Assembly: GCA_951406725.2 (NCBI GenBank)
Contig: OX597837.1
Coordinates: 47,492,001-47,556,000 of the forward strand
Reading direction: 5' to 3'
Length of the DNA stretch: 64,000 nucleotides
DNA from: Octopus vulgaris
Taxonomy: Eukaryota
Under the pieces are notes generated by a model. It did no database searches, was not told where the DNA came from, and saw only the letters and a program-made list of their open reading frames with translations. Position 1 is the stretch's first letter, and each line of letters opens with the position of its first letter. The position numbers and the translations under genes were made by a program. Of this stretch, positions 11,623 to 23,749 are shown piece after piece.

Positions 11623-11880
11623 GGCGGCGCGGTGGCTTAGTGGCTAGAGTGTCGGACTCATGATCGTAAGATTGTGGTTTCGATTCCTGGAACAGGCCAC
11701 GAGTTGTATTCTTGAGCAAAACACTTCATTTCTCGTTGCTTCAGTCCCCTCAGCTGGCAAAGATGAGTAGTCTTGCGACGGACTGGCGTCCCGTTCAAGT
11801 AGGGAATATCTGAGCCATGGAAACCGGGAAATCGGCCTTTGTGAGTCGGTCTAACTCGAGAAGCTAACTTTTATCTTTAT
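11623..11880 (+). mobile_element. tRNA-derived SINE (family C)
   Basis: A box tggcttagtgg, B box gtttcgattcc, core cttgagcaaaacacttcatttc. Related copies at about 36278-36660(+), 45990-46285(-), 49940-50260(-) and 56935-57310(+). Confidence 0.8.
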
Positions 11881-12127
11881 TGTATTACTTGCTTTCACAT
11901 TTTTAATATATTTTACTCCAATTTTCGCACCCCGCACCCTTGCTGAACGGGTAAATTTTGAAAATTTATCGATTTCCATATAACTGTCCGACAATAATTT
12001 TTCATAGAAAACTCTGGAAAAGCTCTGTAATTCATCTCTAGATCAAAAATAAACTCATAATTTTTAGTTTGATATGGTTTGTGTTTTGGTTTGCTTGAAT
12101 GTTTTTTCAACATGTCGTTCAACTTAC

Positions 12128-12282
12128 CTTCCCAAAGTATACAGGACTTCTCCACCAATAATGTCGGAATCTTTTTCAGGCTTTGACTAACAACGTCAGC
12201 ACTTGCTACTTTTTGGATTTCTCTGATCTCCTGTATCTTACTTTCAAATTCTAACTGCGTCTTCGCTAAAATACTGCCTTTT
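12128..12282 (-). CDS. SEA domain exon 3 (contains G/S cleavage-type motif)
   Basis: Acceptor tttttatttccacAG, donor GTaagtt, 155 nt, phase 2 to 1. Encodes (R)KGSILAKTQLEFESKIQEIREIQKVASADVVSQSLKKIPTLLVEKSCILWE(G). Phase matches both neighbours. Confidence 0.9.
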
Positions 12283-12689
12283 CTGTGGAAATAAAAAGGA
12301 AATTAAATTGTATTTGCTATGAAAATTGTTTTATAAAATTGTTACTTTTGTTTTTAACTCATATTTTTTTCAGGTGGTAACTTAAACCGGTTTTGCTCTT
12401 AGTTCGCATTGCAACACAGAAATGTGAGGCTCTGGATGGACACATAAAAATGCGATTGCTTGAATATGCATGGACACTCTCTGATGACACTCTCCTGCCA
12501 AAGACCATCAAGCTACCCCCAGACGTGTACCCCATTTGTAGAGGCAAAGTGAAAGGAAGCTTAATTCGACTTGTCTAATTATAATACTGACCTGAGATAA
12601 ATAGATACAGTTGTTATATGCAATATGGATGAAGTAATAATATTTTCTTTATTGGAATGAATATGTGCAAAGACCGAAATTTAGTTTAC

Positions 12690-13250
12690 ACATGGATCTG
12701 TGTTGTTTTTTTAATCATGCCCCAGGCATTTGTATTATTGTTCTTGTTTTCTGTCCCGAAATTTTGGTTATTCCCTATTTCCAGATCTAAATACCTGGAT
12801 ACTTTCTCCATTTCCTTTAGAATTATATGATCAAAAGGGCGATACGATAAGGAGGCACTTCCTTTCTTGCGGCACTTGTTAACAATATCTGATTGATTAA
12901 TCTTGATCTTCTTGTATGAAGTACTCTATCCCAGACTATGTTTGATTTGTCAATTTCTAGGACTTTTGTAGGACGTTTCCTTGATTCCAGTGTAAGTAAA
13001 CTCAGATTATTTTATGCATGCGGATGTATTTCCTCTTGATTTAGACTGGAGAGTCAAAGGCGATGGAATGAAATGCTTCTTTCCGACTCCCACATATTTT
13101 AGTTTTACATTTACTTTATTATGTGTCTTTGGTAGTTTCTGGTATGGAGGCTTTGATTTAGAAAACTCTTTTCTTCCTTTCATTCAGGGCGTCTGTTTTT
13201 CTTGTCAAATATTCATCATGTACGGGTTTTCTTATCCTAGTTTAAGCATC
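12690..13250 (-). mobile_element. Degenerate R4/Dong-like LINE 3' fragment abutting (AAT)n
   Basis: Minus strand gives ...IVWD...KEMEKVSRYLDLEI..., homologous to the copy at 62608-64000. Confidence 0.65.
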
Positions 13251-13251
13251 A

Positions 13252-13341
<90 letters not shown>

Positions 13342-13484
13342 GTAATAATAATAATAATAATAATGGTGATGATGATTATTTCAAATTTTACCACAAGGGC
13401 GTGTGTGCGTACGCGCGCGCATGGAGGGTGAGAGCATAAATTTCAAGCCTTACAAAACAACTAATAATCATGAAAAATACTTAC

Positions 13485-13555
13485 CGAAGCTCAGTGACCG
13501 AACTACCCGTGTAAAGTAGATTTAGTACGGAGTTTTTCTTTATTGCGTTGTCAAT
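13485..13555 (-). CDS. SEA domain exon 2
   Basis: Acceptor tttatacattctAG, donor GTaagta, 71 nt, phase 0 to 2. Encodes [23 protein letters not shown](R), the SEA helix plus Y-x-G-x-x-V-x-x-L-R strand preceding GS. Confidence 0.88.
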
Positions 13556-13652
13556 CTAGAATGTATAAACGTAAATAACATATATAGATACATACATATA
13601 TACATACATACATACTTACATACATACATATATATATATATGTGTGTGTGTG

Positions 13653-13731
<79 letters not shown>

Positions 13732-14094
13732 AAATGGAGTCAAACGCAGGTGTTATTCAAATCTTTATACTTCTGACATGTTTCGAAGAAAACATTAATA
13801 TTACTCCGGGGAGAATAAAATGATGTAAAACAATGCAATAATTTTTGTCAGGGAAAAAAAAGAGAAACAAAACACATCTGGAAAAACTGGAAAAAATGGG
13901 AAAAAGACCGACCGAGAAGAAATAGAGGATAAATATATAAAATACGGAAGAACGGGTTTGCTGCAGTAATAGAGCAGTTACGACAGAGGATCATGGCAAA
14001 AAAAAAAAAACCCCAGAAGATCAGAAGATTTGTGAACAGAAGCAGTTCGAGGAGAAGAGATTGTTAAAAAATAACCTGAAGCAATTCTTCTGAA

Positions 14095-14315
14095 CGTTAG
14101 AATGGGAAAATTGAAGATGTGCCAAAAAGCCTGATTGGTATTGATGTGTCTTCCTCTGTCATATTGTGCATCTTCGTCTTTGTTGTCTATCTGCTGGCTG
14201 CGTTTCTGCATAACAGTGTATGTTGCAGCACCTAAACCTTTCTTTATATATTTGCAAACATACTTAATAGAGTTAACAGAGTTGCAAAATTCAATGTTGA
14301 CTCTGGCTACCTTTA
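14095..14315 (-). mobile_element. Helitron Rep/helicase coding fragment
   Basis: VNIEFCNSVNSIKYVCKYIKKG...DEDAQYDRGRHINTNQAFWHIFNFPI matches the Helitron Rep KYxxKYxxKG motif region. Confidence 0.85.
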
Positions 14316-14519
14316 CTCGATTCTGCTTCCCTGTAGAATACTGACCATTTACATCTACCTCGTCTCCTCTGGCAGATGGTGAGAACATTGTTCTCAGAAA
14401 CTTTTTTCAAAATTAAAATGGGTATTAAATGAAAAAAAAAAATGAGTTACGTGAATATCTTCACAAGAGTAATTGAAATAAGTGGCGATTGTGGAAGGCC
14501 GCACGCAGCTACACACACA

Positions 14520-14563
<44 letters not shown>

Positions 14564-14636
14564 TACACACACACATACAATGCCGAACAGCAGATGGAAT
14601 GGACGTCCGTTTGTGAGAGAGTGAGTGCCACTTAAA

Positions 14637-14682
<46 letters not shown>

Positions 14683-15159
14683 TGTTTCACACACGTACAT
14701 GCGCACACATATACATACATACATGTATTCAAACGAACATACAAAAACACACGTGTTCGTGTGTGACTGACTACAAATACGAAGAGCTGAAGACTTTGTA
14801 CGGAAATTGACGATGTGTGCGGGTTCAAGCGAAATCTGTGAACTTAGTAAATATTTCTTCAAGTAATTTATATTAGTTCTTTACAAATAACGAGAATTAA
14901 AACTTGAAATGAAAACATTAAAATAAAGAGTGTGAGATTTCATAAATGAAAACGAAAAATTTTGCCGTTGCTACGTCAATACCGGAAGCTGACATTGAGA
15001 AACGTTTTTAAAGAAGAGAATCATATATATGAAGCAATATTATTCATTTTTAATAAAAACAGAAGTAAACTGAAGAGCCTATTAAGTATCCGAGGTCAAA
15101 TTGTTCATGTATCTCAACTATGGAAGCAATTCGCGCAGCTGTTTTCGCGTGAAAAGCGA

Positions 15160-15202
<43 letters not shown>

Positions 15203-15297
15203 GGTCTATTTTATAGAAGAGGTATATTACATTAATAACGAACATTGAGGATGAGTTCTGAACACTACTTTGGTTGATAAATATTCTGTATTTGTGA

Positions 15298-15468
15298 GTT
15301 AACACGGCTACCATTGGTTTCACGCCGAGAGTAACCTCAACAATTGTTAAGTTTGTCACATGAGACGTTGGTGTTCCTTTCCAAGACGAAGACGTCCCAT
15401 GTGGCAGGCTTGAAAATTGTTGAGGTTACTCTCAACATGAAACCAAAGGTAACCTTGTTAAACCACAA
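15298..15468. repeat. Inverted repeat / MITE-like hairpin
   Basis: accattggtttcacgccgagagtaacctcaacaatt vs aattgttgaggttactctcaacatgaaaccaaaggt. Confidence 0.8.
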
Positions 15469-15476
15469 ACACACAC

Positions 15477-15532
<56 letters not shown>

Positions 15533-16213
15533 CACACATATATGCGTATGTATGTATATTATATAGTATATAGTATATGTATATTGTGCACTGCAGGATT
15601 TTGTAGCCCAGAATTTCAAAATTATGCTGAAATTTTCAATATATTGGGATTTACTGTTAACATTTGTTCGGTACTCATGTGTTCTATATGAAGTACAAAC
15701 TCCGTACTTACTGCTTGGCATTATTGTGTATTGTGAATCTGCAAAAGCGGAGCCGTAAATTCTTCGTAATTCATGGTGCATCATTGTCCCCGATAAACCA
15801 ACAAGAGCAAAAGAAGCTTGTGCATCAAGGTTAAAACCAAAGTCAACGAAGCATACCAATCACTGTACACAGGTTCTCAAGCAGCTTTTTGTGTCTGCGC
15901 CGAACAAAATACTTAGCAGCATTTCTTCTTGCACTTTAGGTTCCGAGATCTACTGAGGCTGACTTTGCTTTTAATCCTTTCAGAGTTCGGACAAGTTTCT
16001 TCTTATAGTAGAAGAAATAGCTATGGTTCTTTGGCTGCTAAAGTTCGGTATATGTAGTAAAGCAAAATTTTTGCAGAACCCTAATTATAATTATACTCAT
16101 AATTATAAAATATTAAGTTTACCGAAAAAATGGTCCTTTTAACATGCCGAATACTACTTGTTTGAATTATTAATTACTAGTTAATTAATTAATTTTACCC
16201 TTTATTATTACTG

Positions 16214-16263
<50 letters not shown>

Positions 16264-16408
16264 ATAATAAATATTAGGGAATGAATCCAAAATTACAGGG
16301 AAAAATCAGATTTAGGGTTAGATCCAATTTTATAGTAAAATATTATATAATATAATTCGAGACAAGTCTTTTCTTGTTTGGTTTTAAAATAGTGGTTTTG
16401 TCTCGAAT

Positions 16409-16474
<66 letters not shown>

Positions 16475-16800
16475 GTATAAGGAGGTCATTATAGAACCGA
16501 AACATATTCAGATTTATCTCCCATACATTCCTTTACTAATATTGACTCTTTCATTTTCTCTCCACCTAATTATTTTTAGTCACTTCACTCTTACATTTGT
16601 TGTTCGCTGCATTAAATCTGTTTACATTGAGTTACCTATTAAACCATGACACCACCTTATTATTCACAGCTAGCTTCTTAACGCATTGTTATTAGGTTAG
16701 ATATGTTAACCCAGTCTTATCTATTTGGTCTTTGTTACCACCTAATTGTATCTACTTATAGCTCTCCACTTCTTAGTCACGAAATATGTCACCACTATAA

Positions 16801-17185
16801 AGGCGGCGAGCTAGCAGAGTTGTTAGCGCGCCAGGCGAAATGCTTTGCGGTATTTCGTCTGCCGCTACATTCTGAATTCAAATTCCGCCGAAGTCGACTT
16901 TGCCTTTCATCCTTTCGGGGTCGATTACATAAGTACCATTTACGCACTGGGGTCGATATAATCGACTTAATCCGTTTGTCTGTCCTTGTTTGTCCTCTCT
17001 GTATTTAGCCCCTTGTAGGTAGTAAAGAAATAGGTATTTCGTCTGTCTTTACGTTCAGAGTTCAAATTCCGCGAAGGTCGACTCTGCTTTCCATCCTTTC
17101 AGGGTCAATAAATTAAATACCAGTTGCGTACTGGGGTCGATCTAATTGACTGGGCCCCCTCCCCAAAAATTTCAGTAGAGTAGAA
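16801..17185 (+). mobile_element. tRNA-derived SINE family A (dimeric copy)
   Basis: ggcggcgagctagcagag...gttcaaattccgccgaggtcgactttgcctttcatcctttcggggtcgat core present twice. Other copies at about 15885-15990, 23410-23530, 35855-36045, 39832-40040, 45270-45430(-), 57400-57580(-) and 59434-59620. Confidence 0.9.
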
Positions 17186-17464
17186 CAGCCGACTCAATAT
17201 TCCTATAAATAATATGAGATCTGAGCAAACATAGCTGTGTAATTAATAAATTCAGTTCGCAACAATGTGGCTCCGAGGTTCATCAAACAACGCTGAACCT
17301 TGTCAGTGGAATTTAGTATACAGGTTCTTTAGTATACGGGTAGAGGAAAACTATACGGAATCCTTTCGTATGCAAATATGCATTATATATATATATATAT
17401 ATATTGTGTGTGTTATGATTTTCTAAACACACACATAACAAGGTAAATTAGACGCTCATGTCTA

Positions 17465-17525
<61 letters not shown>

Positions 17526-17561
17526 TGTAATTATAATATGTGACAATTATTCGGTAGCCAT

Positions 17562-17622
17562 GATAAAACTCCGAGTTTCGGATGTCGGAGCGGAAACCCA
17601 CGCCGGCATCTCTTCAGTTATC
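17562..17622 (-). ncRNA. Type I hammerhead ribozyme-like motif, sense to the host gene intron
   Basis: Minus strand GATAA-CTGAAGA-GATGCCGG..CCGACATC-C-GAAA-CTCGGAG-TT-TTATC. Perfect 5-bp stem I, near-palindromic stem III, one extra C at the base of stem II. Confidence 0.6.
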
Positions 17623-17649
17623 TGGTCATCGAAAAAATGCCATGAAAAA

Positions 17650-18036
17650 TGACCATTAAAACAAAGGGAAATTACTCTGTACATTGTTGCTCTATTTTTA
17701 GATTTTATTTTTTTCTGTTTGCATTATTTTGGTTGAAATGGGTAAAAATGGCATCGTGTCGACGGCCAAAACTTTAGCTTTCATTTAAACCGTCAAACTA
17801 TACCAGAAAAAAAGTATCAAATTTCACAAAATTTTAAGTAATTTTGAATTATTTTTGTAATTTTACGTGCACAAGTAAGAGAAAGAAAGGGAGAATCCGA
17901 AAGAGAGAGGAAGAGTAAGAGAGTGGGAAAGTGAGAGAGAAAGGAGAGAGAAACAAAGAGGGAGAATGTGGCGATAAGAAACAGAAAGTAACAACCACAC
18001 CCTCACCCGCGCGTAGAGCGGGTCACGTTAAGCTAG
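17650..18036 (+). mobile_element. Non-autonomous Helitron 3' portion
   Basis: Ends in hairpin acccgcgcgtagagcgggt followed by CTAG (18033-18036). The 3' ~160 bp are homologous to the 3' end of the next element. 5' boundary uncertain. Confidence 0.75.
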
Positions 18037-18421
18037 TCTCTATATTATAAATCTGAAATGCGAAAATTTTGTTTGTCTGCTTTTGGCATTGAGAACGGGT
18101 TAAAGGCCTCTAGATCCCGTCGGATTGACACCAAAATTTACAGGGACATGTAAAATGAGGTGAGGATGCCAGTGGGCTACGTTAGAAATCCCTATCTTAA
18201 AAGGTGTCGTTGCTAGGACCAAAAACGCACTTTGACAAGTCTACTCCCATTCTTTAATGTATCTGTCTTCCTCCGTCACTCACTCTATTTCCTCCCTTCC
18301 CATCACTTTCTATATATAACGTCGTTTAACAGCGTCTAACTGCCCTTCACTTTCTCTTTATAACGTCGTCAAACAGCGTTCTATATCTCCCCCTCACCGC
18401 CTTCGACAGCGCTTTCACACA

Positions 18422-18454
<33 letters not shown>

Positions 18455-18549
18455 CGTCTGTCTGTATTCATAGACAGAATTATCATCGCCGCAACCACCA
18501 CACAATCATGAGAACAAATATTATGAATCGGATATTTATTGGGTTAATT

Positions 18550-18604
<55 letters not shown>

Positions 18605-18820
18605 CTATATATAAATATGTATATTAAACTTTTTAATACTTTTTGATAGTTATATATATTTTTTTTTAAATAATAGATATAAATTAATAATTTTGATTTT
18701 AAATTTAAATAATTTAAATTTTTTAATTTTATATTTTATATATTTTGTATATTATATTTTTATTTTTATGTTTCCGTTTATGTTTTTCACTGTTTGATTT
18801 GCCTAATCTCTAATTTAATT

Positions 18821-18887
<67 letters not shown>

Positions 18888-20032
18888 ATACATTTGTATA
18901 TATAATGCGTACACACACACACACATATATATATATAATGCGTATATATATATATATATATATATATAATGTGTGCATTATGTGGTCGGTTGTGCTGAAA
19001 ATATGCACATCTATGTTAAAAGTGCTGGCGAGTTTGCATGGCAACTATTTTTTTCCTCAAATGAAAGGCGTGACCTCTAGGACAAAATTCCTCATCTTAT
19101 AAAATGTGACCCGAGTAGACCCGAATGAAATCGGGTTATATTAACCAAAATGTGAAAAGTGGTCTAAATGGGGCTGGAATGGGATTAAAATTTACAGGAG
19201 CTGGTGTTTAGGAATTCTCTGTTACATGAAGCTAAAAAATTTGCGCCAGCCTTTAAATCTTCAATGTGTTGCCGTCCATGATGAAGAAGTTTTGAATGCT
19301 TGCATTGGTGAGTCTACTGTCGTGAGAAAGAATCACTTCAAAGCTTGGTGTTTAGGAATTTTCTTTTACATCAAGTTCAAAATTTTACTATGTTACTGTC
19401 CGTCGTTAAGAAATGCCAGCCATGGTGACTCTACTATCCTCAGATTCTATCCTTTCAAACTTTGGTTTCCAATATTTTTTAATTTTTATTCAGCTCGCAA
19501 GTTCGTCTGTCCCTTTTAAATGATAGTGTTTTGCTGTCTGCCTTGAAGCAGACCTTTCCGTTGTCACTGCCTGATATTTATGATTGATCTTTCAAACTAC
19601 TTTCTTTCTCAACTTACTCAAGATCTTTTGTTGTTTATAAATGGGAGAGAGATAGATAGAGAAAGATAGAGAGTAAGAGAAAGCGAGGGAGAGTCCGAGA
19701 GAAAGGAAGAGTAAGAGAGTGGGAAAGGGAAAGAGAAAGGAGAGAGAAACAAAGAGGGAGAATCATCATCATCATCTTCATCATCGTTTAACGTCCGTTT
19801 TCTGTGCTAGCACGGGTTGGACGGTTTGACCGGGGTCTGGGAAGCCAGGAGGCTGCACCAGGCTCCAGTCTGATCTGGCAGTGTTTCTACAGCTGGATGC
19901 CCTTCCTAACGCCAACCACTCCGTGATTGTAGTGGGTGCCACGTTCGGATGGTGCTTTTTACGTGCCGAAAGGATGCAACAGAAAATAACAACCACACTC
20001 TTATCCGGCGTAGAGCGGGTCACCTTAAGCTA

Positions 20033-20033
<1 letters not shown>
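18037..20033 (+). mobile_element. Non-autonomous Helitron (~2 kb), full length
   Basis: Starts TCtctatattataa, ends with a GC hairpin plus CTAG|T. Second copy at 60641-62129(-) plus 62385-62608(+). Carries a ~200-bp retroposon-like insert at about 19764-19966 that is absent from the other copy. Confidence 0.85.
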
Positions 20034-20111
<78 letters not shown>

Positions 20112-20483
20112 TACATATACACGTAAGAGTTTGAGTCGTGAATATCATGATTAAAGATTAGAATCCATTATTGTTTAAATACCAAACCCACAATCCCAAA
20201 AGATCAAAATTCAAAACAATATATTTAAAAGAATAAAGCGTTCTTGAAAGATTTATTTACAGTTTAAAATAAATTCATTTGAGAAGGATATTAAAAAAGA
20301 TTTCCTTAAATGTATTCTCGCACATTCCCTTATCTCCCTTTGATTTCACTCAATCCTTTTGTTACACCATTTCTGTTGAGATTCGTCTTTTGTTTCAATC
20401 AATTTTGAAGATTGTCTTTAAGTAACTGCCATCATCAAGTTGGGGCTTTCAAATTCTCTCTCTCTCTCCCTGTCTCTCTCTTC

Positions 20484-20520
<37 letters not shown>

Positions 20521-21449
20521 ATTTTGCTAGCCTTGAGCCAAAATTCAAAATTGCATTGAGGTTTGGAACATAAATTAACATATGATTTTGATAGAAATTT
20601 CTTATTTAGATTAAACTTGAAAATTTTATAATAGAACCAAGGATGATCTCATACGTATTGGTATCAAAAGGGTTAAAAGTGATTTACAAGAATAAGGAGG
20701 ATAAAGATCCCATTGATTTGCTATCGTCCATTTTAACTATGGAAATTATCATCAATAATTTCATATGTTCCTTATCAAATACGACCATTCTTCAAATACT
20801 TTTGTTACTGACTATTTTGTTTTTCCCCTACACATTATGGAATGATGAATAATACGATGTCCAAATATGTTTCTTTGAGTCCATAAATAACGGGAATAAA
20901 TTCTTAAACGTAAATGTAGCCGATACATTTCAGTGTTTCAATCCATACCTCAAAGTGGTAACCAAATGCACGCCACCTTCTTTTTATATAATCTTTATGG
21001 ATTGTTTTGTTTTTATGATTAACTTCAATCTTGACATTCAACAATGGAAGTATTTAAAGGAAAGGGTGTATTGAAACTATTTTATATTTTTGGTTTTGTT
21101 TCTTATTTCCCTCCATAATTAATAGAGATGATCTTAAACCATTTCGTTCGGCGTTTGCAGTTTCGGAGGAAGTACGTAGATAGGTGTTACGCTACGAAAG
21201 AGTGAAATCAAAGGGAGATAAGGGAATGTGCGAGAGTAGCTGGATCCTCTAGAAACACACAAAGGTAATGGCAATGGGGACTGATAATCCCAATTTCTCA
21301 AAAAGGAAACGGTTGAGAACGCATTAAAAATAGAAGTATCTCATTGTTAAGTCTCCTTGAAAAGTCTACACTAGATATCTGGGAAAGAGGTCTAGGATAA
21401 TTATCCTAATTATAATTAACGAACTAAGCTAGCTGAAGAACTGTGTAGC

Positions 21450-22560
21450 CCCTCCTGGGCGCAACACAACCAAACAGAAATACATTTTACGACAGGTCTT
21501 CAAGAAATCTTGGCAGTATTGCCAAGAGGTGTACGCTTGTTTTGTACACCTCGTAAAGGTATATGACTACATAACAGGGGACATACTGTGGTGGGTTTTG
21601 TAGGATTTGGGGATTAATGCTGTGAAGTCCTTATACGAATGCCCAGATATTTCTGTTCGAGTATATGGTGTTAAATGGAAACCTTTCAACGCGTTTGTTA
21701 GGCTTCGCTAGAGGGTGTATTATCCCCGCTTCTTTTAATAATGTTTATGAACTGGGTTGACATGCACAGCCGTTGTGAAAGTGGCATCACAATTGATGGA
21801 GGTAGGATAGGTCGGCTGATATTTGCGGACGACATCGTGCTACTTGGCTTGGCATATGAACTCTAGCATGCACAGAAAGGGTTCGCTGCCGATTGCTGCA
21901 AGGCGAGGAATGAGAATACGTGTTGCAAAGACTGAGACGTCGGTCCTCTCAAGAAATTCTTCCCAGTGCGCTCGGTACGTTAGCGGCACATCACTGAGAC
22001 AAGCGGAGAAATTTAAATATGATCTCCGGATCGTACTTGCGTGTGATGGAAAGCTGGGGGCTAAATTGGATGCTAGAATTTCAGGTGCTGGCACAATAAT
22101 GCGCCAGTTCCAGCATTCGATTCTCTGAAGAGGAGAGTTTGGTTAAAATGCCAAACCTGCTATCTTCAGTTCGCTTTCGGTGCCTCTCCTAATTTGTAGT
22201 CATGCACGTTGGGTAATGATTGAAAAAATATGATCGTGAATTTAAATTGGACGACATGGGGTTCTTCTGAAGGATCTCTGGAATAACATTACTCGACAGG
22301 GTTAGGGGATCGCAGATCAGGGAATCTTTCCAGATCAAACATTGGCTGATCACAGCTCCAGTACTACAGGCAAGTGATTAGAAAGTCGCAGAAAAGAATC
22401 GCAAGACAGAATCAGCAGGAGACGTAGAGGCAGAACCCAAACGAGATGGTTGGATGGTATACGTAGCCTCAGTTGATCATGTTTCGGGAATACATCCGGT
22501 AAGTTTAATGACGGTAGCTTCTGATAGAACACTATGGCGTCTGAGGAGTCCACTCCCACA
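21450..22560 (+). mobile_element. RTE-clade LINE reverse transcriptase relic
   Basis: Interrupted PGRNTT.Q..ILRQVFKKSWQYCQEVYACFV.L.K.YD, GLR.G.VLSPLLL and LIFADDIVL motifs. Confidence 0.85.
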
Positions 22561-22644
22561 ACTTTTGCTTTCTTCTTTCTTTTTTTTTTTGTGTGTCTTT
22601 CCTTACTAATGGTCAGCTATAATAATAATAATAATAATAATAAT

Positions 22645-22850
22645 ATAAAGATTTACTAATCGAAATTGAAAATATGTGGTATCTCAAGATGGTTACAATA
22701 CCAGTGATTCTAGGAGCACTTGGAATGATCAAAAAAGGAACTGAAGATTATTTAAGAATGATCCTTGGTTTACCCTTCATGCAGGAAGTGCAAAAGATTG
22801 TCTTAACTGCTACGTTACACGTATTGAGAAGCGCATCGTCGCTGGGAATG
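22645..22850 (+). mobile_element. R4/Dong-like LINE 3' end after (AAT)n
   Basis: YKDLLIEIENMWYLKMVTIPVILGALGMIKKG...QKIVLTATLHVLR is a restriction-like endonuclease C-terminus. Confidence 0.8.
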
Positions 22851-23064
22851 TTCTTTCCCGTTCCCTCCTTTATTTCCTTTTTCTACATTTTTATTTCTTA
22901 TTTTTTCTCTCTGTCTTTCTTCCCCTTTTTCTCTATCACATGACTTTGTAAATGGACAATTTAGTGTGTTTATTTAATAGCCTACCACTATATACAGTGC
23001 GTTTCTCTGCCCTAGGTGTCAGATAGACACTCAGCAAGAAATGGAAACAGAGTTGAAAGAAGAA

Positions 23065-23130
<66 letters not shown>

Positions 23131-23137
23131 TACCTAC

Positions 23138-23256
23138 CTTTTCAGTAAATTCCCGTTTTTTTTCTATCGTTAGTTTGTTTTCCGGATCTGCATATTCCTG
23201 CTTGTAAGTTTCGTTGAAGTACAGGTCCACATTCATCGTCCTTTTCACTGGATCAA
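23138..23256 (-). CDS. SEA domain exon 1
   Basis: Acceptor ttcttgttttctgtattatAG, donor GTaggta, 119 nt, phase 1 to 0. Encodes (V)DPVKRTMNVDLYFNETYKQEYADPENKLTIEKKREFTEK, which fits a SEA N-terminal strand/loop/helix and has an NET sequon. Confidence 0.88.
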
Positions 23257-23298
23257 CTATAATACAGAAAACAAGAAATTCAGTAGTAGTAGTAGTAA

Positions 23299-23337
<39 letters not shown>

Positions 23338-23560
23338 CAGTAGCAGTAGTAGCAGCAGCAGCAGTAGTAGTAAGTTTCCGGCTTTTTGCGCTCTGACTTC
23401 AAAAGCTGCTGTCAGAAGTTAACATTGCCTTTCGTCCTCTCGAAGTCGATAAATTACCAGTCAAGTACTGAAGCCAAGGATATCGACTAAACCCCTCCAT
23501 GCAAACACTACTGACCTTCTAACAAAATTAGAAACCATTCTTCTTCTTCTTCTTCTGCCT

Positions 23561-23662
<102 letters not shown>

Positions 23663-23749
23663 TAATTCAAGAATGATCTTATTTCCGGTAGAATTAATGT
23701 GGGCAGCGGGTTACTACCTGTAACCTTACATCTGCTCATGATTTCAATA

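Noticed and set aside
11623-11700. tRNA genes at SINE heads
   Set aside because: A and B boxes are present but there is no complete cloverleaf. Each continues into a multicopy SINE body.
12481-12580. Other CTGANGA matches (12481, 14788, 26281, about 40350 minus, about 9040 minus) as hammerheads
   Set aside because: No consistent stems I, II and III. The 13775-13855 minus-strand motif (GAAACATGTC) has a decayed core, and the 54392 repeat family's GAGC-GTAG-GCTC-GAAAC motif lacks a canonical CUGANGA.
15712-15860. Possible extra exon with a GTAAGT donor at 15711 (ELRRIYGSAFADSQYTIMPS)
   Set aside because: The phase-1 end is incompatible with the phase-0 acceptor at 13555, and the SEA domain is already continuous without it.
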